Below are positions 48,136 to 57,459 of a stretch of 64,000 nt of DNA, piece after piece. Location: NCBI GenBank assembly GCA_965217625.1, contig OZ244557.1, positions 1,799,305-1,863,304 of the forward strand, given 5' to 3'. A model generated the notes under the pieces. The model was not told the DNA's origin, made no database searches, and worked only from the letters and a program-made list of their open reading frames with translations. Origin of the DNA: Dehalococcoidia bacterium. GTDB taxonomy: Bacteria; Chloroflexota; Dehalococcoidia; Bin125. A program made the position numbers and the translations under genes. Each line of letters begins with the position of its first letter. Positions within the stretch are counted from its first letter, which is position 1.

Positions 48136-48411
48136 GGCGACTCTCCGTGCTGCCCGGAATGCGCCGGACTTCAGTGTCGGCCCATCCGGGAATCGAGCCA
48201 AATGGGGGCTCGTGGATGACCCGGCTTATGGCGGGGCTCCTCCACGGAGTCCACCGGGGGTCAACACGATAACTCGCGGCGGCGCGACGCTGTAGCGGTT
48301 CTGTCACAGCCGACGCCGGGGCCCTGCGTCGAGAGTCGTGCTCCTGCCTGCGCCCACCCTCACACCAGGACCATGGTAGTACAAATGTGCTAACCCTGGC
48401 GAGGGGCGGAT

Positions 48412-50706
48412 TCAGCCGTCGAGGGCGCGGGGCAGGGCCTCGCGATGGGCCGCGGTGGCCTCGGCGACGGAGACATCGATCGCCGCGCCAAGGCGCAGCC
48501 GCGCGGCGGGGCCGGCCGCGGCGACCGTGCCCAGCGGCGTGACCACCACGCCGATCTCGGCGGCGAGGGCGGCCAGCGCGTCGGCGTGGGCGGGGTCCAG
48601 GCTGACGACGGCGCGCGCGCCGGCCTCGCCGAAGAGCGCCGCGTCGCGTCGGCCGTCCCACGTCACGCCGGCGCAGTCGGCGCCGAGCGCCCCGGCGATC
48701 GCGCACTCGGCCAGCGCGACGGCGAGGCCGCCGTCGGAGCAGTCGTGGGCGGAGCGCAGCAGGCGCCGCTCCGCCGCCGCGACCAGCAGCCGCACCAGCG
48801 CGGCCTCGGCGTCGAGATCGACGGGGATGGGGCCCGCGACCCGGTCGTGCTGCTGGACGAGGAACTCACTGCCGCCCAGCGTCGCGGCGGGCTGCCCGAT
48901 CTCCGCGCCCAGCAGCCAGATGACGTCGCCGGGGCGCTGGAAGCCCATGCGCACGACGGTCGTCACGTCGTCGAGCACGCCCAGCATCCCGATGACCGGC
49001 GTCGGCGTGACCGCGACGCCGCTGCTCTCGTTGTAGAGCGAGACGTTGCCCGAGACGACGGGCGTGCCCAAGGCGCGGCAGGCGTCACCGATGCCGCGCA
49101 CGGCTTCGCGCAGCTGGTAGTAGATCTCGGGGCGCTCGGGGTTGCCGAAGTTGAGGCAGTCGGTCACGGCGAGCGGGCGGGCGCCGGTGCAGGCGACGTT
49201 GCGCGCCGCCTCACAGACGCTGCGCGCGGCGCCGGCCCAGGGGTCGAGGCTCACGGCGCGGCCGGCGCCGTCGGTGCAGACGGCGATGGCGCGGTCGCTG
49301 CCCTTGATGCGGACGACGCCGGCGTCGGCGCCGGGCACAAGGACGGTGTTGGTCAGCACCTGCTGGTCGTACTGCTGGGTGACCCAGCGCTTGTCGGCGA
49401 TGTTGGGGGCCGCGAGCAGCGCGAGCAGCGCCGCGTTCGCATCGGCGACATCGGGCAGGCTGGCCGGGTCGAAGGCGGCGCGGGCGGCGGCCCGCGGGTC
49501 GGGGCGGGCGTCGGGGACGTAGGCGGGCGGGTCGGTCAGCAATCCGACGGGGGCCGCCGCGACCTCGGCGCCCGCCTCGTAGATGCGGGCGCGGTCGCCG
49601 TCGGTGGTCGCGCCGACGACGGCGGTGGGCAGGTCCCAGTACGCGAAGTGGGCGCACACGTCATCGACGTGCTCGGGCTTGGCGATCACGAGCATGCGCT
49701 CCTGGGACTCGGAGAGCATGACGTCGTAGGCGGTCATGCCGGCCTCGCGGCGGGGCACGGCGTCGACGTCGATCTCGATGCCGCTGTTGCCGCGGGCGGC
49801 GCACTCGACGCTACTGCTGGTCAGGCCGGCGGCCCCGAAGTCCTGCAGGCCGACGATCCAGTCGCGGTGATCCTGCACAAGGTCGACGCAGGCCTCCATG
49901 AGCAGCTTCTCGAGGAAGGGGTTGCCGACCTGCACGGCCGGACGCCGCTCGGCGCTGCGCTCGTCGAGTTCGACGCTGGCGAAGGTCGCGCCGTGCAGGC
50001 CGTCGCGGCCGGTGTCGGCGCCGACCAGCAGCAGGACGTGGCCGGGGCCGCCGGTGGTCGCGCCGATCAGCGTGCCGCGCCGGGCGATGCCGACGCACAT
50101 GGCGTTGACCAGCGGGTTGCCGCTGTACCGCGGCCCGAAGCGGACCTCGCCGCCGATGTTGGGGATGCCCAGGCAGTTGCCGTAGCCGCCGACGCCGGCC
50201 ACGACGCCGCGCAGCAGGCGGCGGTTGCGCGCGCCGGCCTGCGGGTCGTCGAGGGGGCCGAAGCGCAGCGAGTCGAGCAGGGCGATGGGTCGCGCGCCCA
50301 TGGCGAAGATGTCGCGCACGATGCCGCCCACGCCGGTGGCCGCGCCCTCGTAGGGCTCGATCGCGCTGGGGTGGTTGTGGGACTCGACCTTCATGACGAC
50401 GACCCAGCCGTCGCCGATGTCGACCGCGCCGGCGTTCTCGCCGCCGAGTTCGGTGAGCACGTGCGGGGCCTGGGTGGGGAAGTGGCGAAAGAGGGGCTTG
50501 CTGTGCTTGTAGCCGCAGTGCTCGCTCCAGAGCGCGCCCAGCATGCCCACTTCGACCGGCGTCAGGTCGCGGTCGAGGTGGTCGCGGGCGCGACGGTACT
50601 CGTCGCGGGAGAGCGCGAGTTGCGCCAGCGTCTCGTCATCGACGGCGACGGGCGCGGCATCGGCGACGCGGGCGCCCGGTCCATCAGCAGGGCGGCCGGC
50701 GGGCAT
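48412..50706 (-). CDS. purL: Phosphoribosylformylglycinamidine synthase subunit PurL
   Basis: Contains VEVGMLGALWSEHCGYKHSK and VESHNHPSAIEPYEGAATG. The ATG at 50704-50706 overlaps the purQ stop as ATGA. Confidence 0.93.
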   Translation of the reverse strand: MPAGRPADGPGARVADAAPVAVDDETLAQLALSRDEYRRARDHLDRDLTPVEVGMLGALWSEHCGYKHSKPLFRHFPTQAPHVLTELGGENAGAVDIGDGWVVVMKVESHNHPSAIEPYEGAATGVGGIVRDIFAMGARPIALLDSLRFGPLDDPQAGARNRRLLRGVVAGVGGYGNCLGIPNIGGEVRFGPRYSGNPLVNAMCVGIARRGTLIGATTGGPGHVLLLVGADTGRDGLHGATFASVELDERSAERRPAVQVGNPFLEKLLMEACVDLVQDHRDWIVGLQDFGAAGLTSSSVECAARGNSGIEIDVDAVPRREAGMTAYDVMLSESQERMLVIAKPEHVDDVCAHFAYWDLPTAVVGATTDGDRARIYEAGAEVAAAPVGLLTDPPAYVPDARPDPRAAARAAFDPASLPDVADANAALLALLAAPNIADKRWVTQQYDQQVLTNTVLVPGADAGVVRIKGSDRAIAVCTDGAGRAVSLDPWAGAARSVCEAARNVACTGARPLAVTDCLNFGNPERPEIYYQLREAVRGIGDACRALGTPVVSGNVSLYNESSGVAVTPTPVIGMLGVLDDVTTVVRMGFQRPGDVIWLLGAEIGQPAATLGGSEFLVQQHDRVAGPIPVDLDAEAALVRLLVAAAERRLLRSAHDCSDGGLAVALAECAIAGALGADCAGVTWDGRRDAALFGEAGARAVVSLDPAHADALAALAAEIGVVVTPLGTVAAAGPAARLRLGAAIDVSVAEATAAHREALPRALDG

Positions 50707-51395
50707 CAGCCCCACCACTCGATCATCGACCGCCAGATCAGCAGGCCATCCTCGCTGCCCAGCAGGGCCTCGCTGGATCGCTCGGGGTGGGGCATCATGC
50801 CCAGCACGTTGCCGGCGGCGTTGATCACGCCGGCGATGTTGGCGCGCGAGCCGTTGGGGTTGGCGTCGGGCGTGACGCGCCCGGCCGGGTCGGAATAGCG
50901 GAAGACGATGCGGCGCTCCGCCTCGAGCTCGGCCAGGGTGTCGTCGTCGACGAAGTAGTTGCCCTCGCCGTGCGAGATGGGCAGCATCAGGGCGTCGCCG
51001 GCGCGGCTGGCGCAGCTGAAGCCGGTGTCGTCGCGGGCGACGCGGACGTACTGCTCCTGGCAGCGGAACTGCAGGCTGTCGTTGCGCAGCAGCGCGCCGG
51101 GCAGGAGCCCCGCCTCGCACAAGATCTGGAAGCCGTTGCAGGAGCCGAAAACGGGCCGGCCGGCCCGGGCGTGACGCTGGAGCGCGCCCATGACGGGCGA
51201 GAAGCGGGCGATTGCGCCGCAGCGCAGGTAGTCGCCGTAGGAGAAGCCGCCCGGCACGACGACGGCGTCGTAACCGTCCAGATTCGCCTCGCGATGCCAG
51301 ACGCGGTCGGCCTGCTGACCCAGCCGGGCCTGCAGGACGTGCTGGCAATCGCCGTCGGACCAGGTGCCGGGGAAGACGAGAACGGCGAAACGCAC
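50706..51395 (-). CDS. purQ: Phosphoribosylformylglycinamidine synthase glutaminase subunit PurQ
   Basis: Contains MRFAVLVFPGTWSDGD, GSCNGFQIL (catalytic Cys) and MMPHPER. Confidence 0.93.
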   Translation of the reverse strand: MRFAVLVFPGTWSDGDCQHVLQARLGQQADRVWHREANLDGYDAVVVPGGFSYGDYLRCGAIARFSPVMGALQRHARAGRPVFGSCNGFQILCEAGLLPGALLRNDSLQFRCQEQYVRVARDDTGFSCASRAGDALMLPISHGEGNYFVDDDTLAELEAERRIVFRYSDPAGRVTPDANPNGSRANIAGVINAAGNVLGMMPHPERSSEALLGSEDGLLIWRSMIEWWG

Positions 51396-51447
51396 CGAAC
51401 CCCCTCTGGCCCGCAGCGTATCAGCGGCCGGGCCAGGGGCCAGTGGG

Positions 51448-53652
51448 TCAGGCGCGGCGGGCGGGGCGCTCCAGCTCGGGCAGGGCGCCGCCGTCGACGG
51501 GGGCGTCGCTGCTGGGGGCGGGCGCGCCGCTCGGCACGGGCACGACGCCGCGGCGTCGCTCGGCGTCGCTCGGCTCGGGGTATTCGATGCGGGGGTGGTA
51601 AACGCCGTTGAGCGTGACCTTGAAGGACTCGCCGATGGCCTGGATCTGGCGCAGGGTGAGGTCGCAGTCGTCGAACTGGTGCTCGTTGAGCCGCTCCTGG
51701 ATCACGGCGTCGACGAGCCGCGCGATGGTCTCCTCGTCGCGCGCCTTGCTGGAGCGCACGACGGCCTCGGTCGAGTCGGACATCATCACGATCGCGGTCT
51801 CCTTGCGGCGCGGCCGGGGTCCGCCGTAGGTGAAGAGCCCGGGGTCGACGCTGGGGTCGCGCTGGGCCGCCTTGCGGTAGAAGTAGGTCACCAGCCGCGT
51901 GCCGTGGTGCTCGGGGATGAAGGCCCGCACCGGTTCGGGCAGGTGGTAGCGCTTGGCCAGCTCGACGCCGCGGCGGACGTGATCCTGGATCACGCTGGCG
52001 CTCTCGAGCGGGTCCAGCGCGTCGTGCGGGTTGCCGCCGTCGGCCTGGTTCTCGATGTACATGTGCGGCTGGGCCAGCTTGCCGATGTCGTGGTAGTAGG
52101 CGCCGACGCGGACCAGGAGGGCGTCGGCGCCGACCTGGGCGGCGGCGCGCTCGGCCATCGTCGCGACGAGCAGCGAATGGTGGAACGTGCCCGGGGACTC
52201 TTCCTGCAGGCGTCGCAGCAGGGGCTGGGTGAACTGCGCCAGCTCCAGCAGCTGCAGGCGCGTGGCGATGCCGAAGACCTGGCCCAGGAACGAGAACGCG
52301 CCGATGACCAGGACCGAGGTCGCGATCGCGAGGACGACGGAGGAGAGGGCGAGCAGCCCCAGGTCGACGGTCGCGCGGGCCGGGTCGAGCAGCCAGAAGG
52401 AGAGCCCGGTGAGGAAGGCCGTGGCGCCGACCACGCCGCCCGTCGCGCCGTACTGGGTGACGTGCATCACGCGCTGGGTGGCGAGCACGCCGGCCACGCC
52501 GGTGAACAGGAAGACGATCAGCGGGCGCAGGGCCTGGGCGCCGGCGAAGCCCTCGCCGGCGGCGAAGCTGGGGTGGATCACGGCGGCGACGCCGGCGAGC
52601 ACGGCGACCACGACCGCGACGACGATGGCCAGGCTGCGCTCGAGCAGGGCGGCCACGAGGACGGCGGCCGTGGCGAGGGGCAGGCCCACGTCAAAGTAGT
52701 CGTCCAGGTGGCCGGGCAGCATCTCGGGCAGGAGCCAGCGCGCCAGCGCGACGAACACCACGACCAGCAACACGATCATGCCCAGGCGGCGGTTGCTGGC
52801 CGCGGCCTCGGGCGCCGCCAGCAGCAGATACGCGCCCAGCGTGGCGGCGCCGGCCAGGGCCAGGATCAGCATCGCGACGAAGTCATCGACCGGGATGCCG
52901 CCGCCCTGCAGGGGGAGCAGGGCCAGGGCGCCGGCGGCGGCGGGTCCGACGGCCTCCCCGGCGGGCACGATCACGTCGCCCTCGGCGAAGCTCACGCTGA
53001 CCTCGTCGACGCGCAGGCGCGCGTCGGCGCGGCCCGCCTCGGTGGCCTCGGCGTCGATGGTGATGTTGGCCGAGACGCGGGGCGCGACGAGGGCCGTGAC
53101 GAGGCGCATCTGCTCGTTGTTGAGGTCGTCGGCGACGCGCTCCTCCATGGTCTCCCGGACGGTGACCACGTCGGCGTCGCTGATGTTGCCGGTCAGGATG
53201 TCGGTCAGCAGCCCCAGCGATTCCTCGCGCACGGTGCGCCAATCGCGGGGGCTGAGCTCCAGCAGCAGGAAGTCCGCCGGGCCAACGCTGAGGTCGGGGA
53301 TGGCGTCGAGGGCGCGGCCCTGCTCGGTCTCGCTGAGGCCCCGGTCGCCGCGGACCGCGTCGATCGCGTCGAGGGTGGCGCTGAGCGTGGCGACCTCGCG
53401 CGGGCGGACGCCGGCATCGAAGATCAGCACCGGCGCGACCTGCGCGGCCGCTTCCGCCCGCGCGAGGTCGGTGGCGCCTTCGTCGACGACGCGCACGTCG
53501 ATCACGGCGACCACGTCGGCGTCGGCCACCTCGCCGAGCATCGGCAGCCGTTCGGCCGCCCGGGTGGGGATCAGCGCGAGCGTGAGCAGCAGCGTGAAGC
53601 ACGCGATGAAGATGGCGATGCGGGCCGGGGAGTAGAACGTCGCGGGCGACAT
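51448..53652 (-). CDS. 7TM-receptor-type HD/HDIG phosphohydrolase (PgpH/YqfF-like)
   Basis: N-terminal TM helix plus an extracytoplasmic domain, a 7-TM block, and a C-terminal HD domain with YYHDIGKLAQP. Confidence 0.85.
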   Translation of the reverse strand: MSPATFYSPARIAIFIACFTLLLTLALIPTRAAERLPMLGEVADADVVAVIDVRVVDEGATDLARAEAAAQVAPVLIFDAGVRPREVATLSATLDAIDAVRGDRGLSETEQGRALDAIPDLSVGPADFLLLELSPRDWRTVREESLGLLTDILTGNISDADVVTVRETMEERVADDLNNEQMRLVTALVAPRVSANITIDAEATEAGRADARLRVDEVSVSFAEGDVIVPAGEAVGPAAAGALALLPLQGGGIPVDDFVAMLILALAGAATLGAYLLLAAPEAAASNRRLGMIVLLVVVFVALARWLLPEMLPGHLDDYFDVGLPLATAAVLVAALLERSLAIVVAVVVAVLAGVAAVIHPSFAAGEGFAGAQALRPLIVFLFTGVAGVLATQRVMHVTQYGATGGVVGATAFLTGLSFWLLDPARATVDLGLLALSSVVLAIATSVLVIGAFSFLGQVFGIATRLQLLELAQFTQPLLRRLQEESPGTFHHSLLVATMAERAAAQVGADALLVRVGAYYHDIGKLAQPHMYIENQADGGNPHDALDPLESASVIQDHVRRGVELAKRYHLPEPVRAFIPEHHGTRLVTYFYRKAAQRDPSVDPGLFTYGGPRPRRKETAIVMMSDSTEAVVRSSKARDEETIARLVDAVIQERLNEHQFDDCDLTLRQIQAIGESFKVTLNGVYHPRIEYPEPSDAERRRGVVPVPSGAPAPSSDAPVDGGALPELERPARRA

Positions 53653-53695
53653 GTCGTCATCATACGGCGGCCCGCGCGAGGCGGGGCGGGGCGGA

Positions 53696-54145
53696 TCAGG
53701 CGCCGAGCAGTTCGCCCACGACTTCGTTGACGAGGCGGCCGTCGGCCTTGCCGCGCAGCTGGCCCATCAGCGGCCCCATGACCTTGCCCTTGTCGCCGGG
53801 CCCGCTCGCGCCGGTGCGCGCCACGACGGCCTGGGCGGCGGCCATGATCGCGTCGCGGTCCATCTGCGCCGGCAGGTAGACCTCGAGCACGCCGATCTCG
53901 GCGCGCTCCCGGGCGGCCAGGTCATCGCGCCCGCCGGCCTCGAACTGCTCGATCGAGTCCTGGCGCTGGCGCAGCTGCTTCTGGATGATCGTCAGCACCG
54001 CGGCGTCGTCCACCTCGGCGCGCTGTTCGATGTCGGCGTTCTTGATGGCCGCCTGCAGCAGCCGGATGGTGTCGCGACGCAGCGCATCCTTGGCGCGCAT
54101 CGCCGTCTTCACGTCCTCGCGGAGTTGATCACGTAATCCAGCCAT
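53696..54145 (-). CDS. GatB/YqeY domain protein
   Basis: 149 aa. Reads LREDVKTAMRAKDALRRDTIRLLQAAIKN...GKVMGPLMGQLRGKADG. Confidence 0.85.
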   Translation of the reverse strand: MAGLRDQLREDVKTAMRAKDALRRDTIRLLQAAIKNADIEQRAEVDDAAVLTIIQKQLRQRQDSIEQFEAGGRDDLAARERAEIGVLEVYLPAQMDRDAIMAAAQAVVARTGASGPGDKGKVMGPLMGQLRGKADGRLVNEVVGELLGA

Positions 54146-54194
54146 GCCACCCCCTCGCGCCGCGCCGACGCTTGCCTCCCACCGACGATACGCG

Positions 54195-54215
54195 AAAGGC
54201 CGCCGAGCGGCGGCC
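54195..54215 (-). terminator. Weak intrinsic-terminator-like hairpin
   Basis: The minus strand reads GGCCGCC-GCTC-GGCGGCC followed by TTTCGCG. It lies 70 nt downstream of the small ORF ending at 54284. Only three U residues follow the stem. Confidence 0.3.
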
Positions 54216-54283
54216 TCGTCGATCGCGCCGGCCAGTCAGCGCCAGCCAGTCAGCGCCGGTGCGTCAGCCTCAGTCCGTCAGGC

Positions 54284-54427
54284 TCAGTCCGCCGACGGCA
54301 GCACCTTGGGCTGCATCAGCTCCATCTCGCGATCGCCGACCTTGAGGTCGCACTCGCCCGGCTTGATGCAGAGCACCTCGATGCCGGTCTCTTCGTCCTT
54401 GTAGCGCTTGCCAAGTTGCACAGCCAT
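54284..54427 (-). CDS. Small protein (47 aa), Cys-poor paralogue of the neighbouring zinc-ribbon-like ORF
   Basis: Reads MAVQLGKRYKDEETGIEVLCIKPGECDLKVGDREMELMQPKVLPSAD. GGAGA lies 7 nt upstream of the ATG. Not in the ORF track because it is under 60 aa. Confidence 0.5.
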   Translation of the reverse strand: MAVQLGKRYKDEETGIEVLCIKPGECDLKVGDREMELMQPKVLPSAD

Positions 54428-54481
54428 GGGATCGGTCTCCTGGACGCCGGGGCGCGGTCCGTTTTCGCTCCCCGGGCTCGA

Positions 54482-54604
54482 CTACTTCTTCTCCACGAGC
54501 GCCGCGTCGCCGCAGCGCAGCTCGGCGTCGCCGCCGCGCGTCACGATGAACTCGGCGCCGCAATTGGGGCAGGTGTAGCGCTTGCCGGTCTGGGCAGGGG
54601 GCAT
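54482..54604 (-). CDS. Small CxxC protein (40 aa), desulforedoxin/zinc-ribbon-like
   Basis: Reads MPPAQTGKRYTCPNCGAEFIVTRGGDAELRCGDAALVEKK. It shares the GKRY...V...G..EL..GD spacing with the downstream small ORF. Confidence 0.5.
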   Translation of the reverse strand: MPPAQTGKRYTCPNCGAEFIVTRGGDAELRCGDAALVEKK

Positions 54605-54691
54605 GGGGTCGCTTTCCAGAGAAGATTCTCGATAGCGGAATGGCGGGAAGTGTACCCAGCGAGCGTCAGAGCGTCAAAGCCGGGCACCGGA

Positions 54692-55636
54692 TCAGCGCTG
54701 GCCGCAGGTGCCGCGGGTCAGTTCCAGGGGCAGCGGCTGCTGTTGGATGGGGCGGCCCACCTCCACCTTGCTGATGGCCAGATCGAGCGCCTCCCGCGCC
54801 TCGGCCAGCTGGACCCGGGCGAGCGCGTCGTGGGCGCGGATCAGCGCGACTTCGGCGTCACCGTCGGACGCGTTCAGGGCGTCGGCGACGCCCTCCTCCA
54901 GCAGCGCGGCCTCGCGGGCCTCCATCTCGGCCTCGAGCGCCTCCAGCGCATCGTCGTCGTCCTCGGCCGCGGCGGCGGCGAGCGCCTCCGCGAACTCCGC
55001 CTCGATTTGGGCGGCGATGCCCTCGCGGGTGAGCTCGAGGATCGCCGTCTCCAGCGCGACGGCCAGGTCGCCGCCGGCGGCATCGATCGCGGCGTTGACC
55101 GCGGTGGCGACGAAGGACGCGCGGGTGCCGGTCAGCGCCAGGTCGGCGGCCTCTTCCAGGCCGGCGAGGGCCAGCTCGTCCTGCTCGACGGCGAGGTGCA
55201 CGGCCTCTTCCCAGGCGTTGCCGGCGTTGGTGGTGATCAGCGTGACCAGGTTCTCGATGTGGAAGAAGTTCAGCGAGCCGCCGTGGGCCACGGCCCAGGG
55301 CGGCATGGCGGTGCCGTTGCGCCCGCACTCGATCGTGCCGCGGTAGCGGGCCTGCAGTTCGTCCAGGGCGGGGTCGTTGAAGGAGCGGAAGGCCAGGGTG
55401 TTCGCGGGCGTGTTGAGGGCCAGGCCGATCAGGCCCTCGCCGGCGTTGCCGTGGCAGACGCGGCAGTTGTTGGCGAAGATGCGGGCGCCGCGTTCGGCGG
55501 CTTCGATGAGGTGCTGGTCTTCGGCCTCGGCGCGGCGGCCGTCGTCAAACCAGACGTAGGCGCCCAGGCTGGCGACGCCCAGGAACATCAGGATCGTCAT
55601 CGCGATGATCTGCTTGTGCGTGTTCTGGCTGCTCAT
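54692..55636 (-). CDS. Membrane-anchored c-type cytochrome with an Ala/Glu-rich C-terminal region
   Basis: N-terminal TM helix and a single heme motif CRVCH in FANNCRVCHGNAGEG. Last gene of the bc-type operon. Confidence 0.8.
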   Translation of the reverse strand: MSSQNTHKQIIAMTILMFLGVASLGAYVWFDDGRRAEAEDQHLIEAAERGARIFANNCRVCHGNAGEGLIGLALNTPANTLAFRSFNDPALDELQARYRGTIECGRNGTAMPPWAVAHGGSLNFFHIENLVTLITTNAGNAWEEAVHLAVEQDELALAGLEEAADLALTGTRASFVATAVNAAIDAAGGDLAVALETAILELTREGIAAQIEAEFAEALAAAAAEDDDDALEALEAEMEAREAALLEEGVADALNASDGDAEVALIRAHDALARVQLAEAREALDLAISKVEVGRPIQQQPLPLELTRGTCGQR

Positions 55637-55675
55637 GCCGCGACCTCGCGGTGGCGACGCCCATCCATGGACCGC

Positions 55676-56479
55676 TTAGGCATAGGGGACCGTCCGTTGC
55701 GGGTTGTCCTGGTCGCCCTTGCGAACCACGCCGGTATCGACGCTCAGGGAGCCGTCGGGGTTGACGGTTACCTCCATCGTGTCCATGGGCCGCGGCGCGG
55801 GGCCGAAGACGCGCACGCCGGCGGGGGTGTAGGTCGAGCCGTGGCAGGGGCAGCGGAACCAGCCGGTGACGCCCTCGAAGTTGAAGGCGCCGCGCCAGGG
55901 CACGGTGCAGCCCAGGTGGGGGCACTTCCACCACAGCGCCAGCAGGCCGGTGTCGCCCTCGAAGCCGAAGCCGCCGTGGGTGCCGGCGCCGGCCTCGAGG
56001 TGGCTGAGCCAGAACTTGCCGGTCGTGATGCGGACGGGGTCCTCGCCCGCTTCCGGGACGAGCGTCGCGGAGACGGGCACCTTGCCGCCGAAGCCCTGCA
56101 CGCCGCGCGGCCAGAAGAACGACAGGAAGGCCGCCAGCGCGCCGGTCAGACCGAAGCCCATGCCGCCCCAGAAGGTGGCCTTGACGAATTGGCGGCGATT
56201 CATCTCGGCGCGGTGGGCGCGGCGGCGCTGGGCGCGCGTGACGATGGCCCGCTCGCCGGCCTGCTCGTCGGTGACGACGGCGCGGCCGCTGGTGTCGAGG
56301 TGGGGGGCGCGGGCGGGGCGGGAGCCGGAGGCGATCTCGGCCGGCGCGGGCTCGATCTGGGAGGGGCCGCCCTCGCCCAGGGGCCGCGCCACGACGCCGC
56401 TGCCGGGGGCCGCGGGCGGCGGCTCCTCATTCACGGCGGGCGGCGGCCCGGGGGCGGTCTGGTCGTCGGGGGCCGTCAC
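55676..56479 (-). CDS. Rieske 2Fe-2S subunit
   Basis: Contains CPHLGC and CPCHGS boxes plus the Tat-like MNRRQFVKA. The proposed GTG at 56477-56479 overlaps the upstream stop as GTGA. The ATG at MNRRQF is an alternative start. Confidence 0.8.
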   Translation of the reverse strand: MTAPDDQTAPGPPPAVNEEPPPAAPGSGVVARPLGEGGPSQIEPAPAEIASGSRPARAPHLDTSGRAVVTDEQAGERAIVTRAQRRRAHRAEMNRRQFVKATFWGGMGFGLTGALAAFLSFFWPRGVQGFGGKVPVSATLVPEAGEDPVRITTGKFWLSHLEAGAGTHGGFGFEGDTGLLALWWKCPHLGCTVPWRGAFNFEGVTGWFRCPCHGSTYTPAGVRVFGPAPRPMDTMEVTVNPDGSLSVDTGVVRKGDQDNPQRTVPYA

Positions 56480-57378
56480 TCTTCCACCACCACAATGTCC
56501 CACGGCGGGCGCAACTCCTGGCCCTGGCCACGGAAGAACTGGCCCACGGACGTCGTGACGATGAAGACGGCGATGAAGCCGGTGAAGACGACGAGGGCGA
56601 TGTCGCGCCGGCTGTGGATCCAGCCCAGCACGTTCTTGGTGAAGCCGATCAGCAGGAGCGGCAGGCCGACCATCGTCGCGACGGGCACGACTTGTTGGCT
56701 GAGGAAGCTGGGGAAGTTGAGGTTCAATAACCAGGGGTCCTCGGTGGTGCCGGGGATGCCCAGGGGGATCGCGCGCCAGTCCTCGAACATAGTGAAGGGG
56801 CCGATGGTGAAGCTGAGGGCGCTCCAGTTGATGCCCGTGTCGAGGCCGCGCAGGTTGCGCGCCCAGTCGAGCCAGGCGGGCCAGAGGAAGTCGCTGTTGA
56901 GGCCGGTCCCGCGGATGATGTCCTCGGTCCACTCCACGTGCTTGGAGGCGTCGTAGAGGATCAGCCAGATGGTGAGCAGGCTGGCGATGCTGAAGGCCCA
57001 GATGGCGATCTTCGAGGCGTGCTGGGTGCCGAACCAACTGCCCTGGCCCTCGGAGGAGCGGTCCCAGTAGGGGATGGCGGCGAGCAGGATGAGGGCGATC
57101 GTGGGCACGATGACGCCCGCCCAGGCGGGCTCCATGTGCAGCAGGAGCTCCTGCAGGTTGAGGAAGTACCAGGGCGCCTTGGAGGGGTTGGGCGTGGTGT
57201 TGGGGTCGGCGCGGTCGAGCAGCGGGGCGTTGACGAACGCCGAGAGCACCATCAGGCCGATGGTGAAGACGATCGACGAGATGAACTCGACGAAGACGAG
57301 ATCCGGCCAGACGAGGACCTCTTCCTCGCGCTCCCGCCGGGGACGGGCGCGTACCGCCGAGACCGCTTGACTGACCAT
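56476..57378 (-). CDS. Cytochrome b C-terminal / subunit IV-like protein with extra C-terminal TM helices
   Basis: Contains NTTPNPSKAPWYFLNLQELL, a PEWY-like block, and multiple TM helices. 300 aa. Confidence 0.8.
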   Translation of the reverse strand: MVSQAVSAVRARPRREREEEVLVWPDLVFVEFISSIVFTIGLMVLSAFVNAPLLDRADPNTTPNPSKAPWYFLNLQELLLHMEPAWAGVIVPTIALILLAAIPYWDRSSEGQGSWFGTQHASKIAIWAFSIASLLTIWLILYDASKHVEWTEDIIRGTGLNSDFLWPAWLDWARNLRGLDTGINWSALSFTIGPFTMFEDWRAIPLGIPGTTEDPWLLNLNFPSFLSQQVVPVATMVGLPLLLIGFTKNVLGWIHSRRDIALVVFTGFIAVFIVTTSVGQFFRGQGQELRPPWDIVVVEE

Positions 57379-57459
57379 GCTGTCCTATCCGCTCGCGGTC
57401 CGTACCGGGGGGCCGGGCGGCGGCGGCGCGCCGTCTGGTCCCACTGCCCACTGTGGCCC

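Noticed and set aside
48136-48411. Possible tRNA or small RNA in the 276-nt rplI-purL spacer (a GGCTCGATTCCC string resembles a T-arm)
   Set aside because: The would-be T-loop has C at the invariant T54 position. No acceptor or anticodon stems could be built around it. It is probably just the rplI promoter/leader region.
48412-51348. 978-aa ORF extending purL upstream across purQ
   Set aside because: PurL begins at the ATG at 50704-50706, ATGA-coupled to the purQ stop. The upstream extension is an out-of-frame Arg/Pro-rich shadow of purQ. Similar composite ORFs were trimmed the same way: 37958-40117, 8398-9387, 9368-10171, 9682-10827, 11012-12070, 11464-12666, 12969-13538, 15798-16526, 20693-22606 and 55676-57451.
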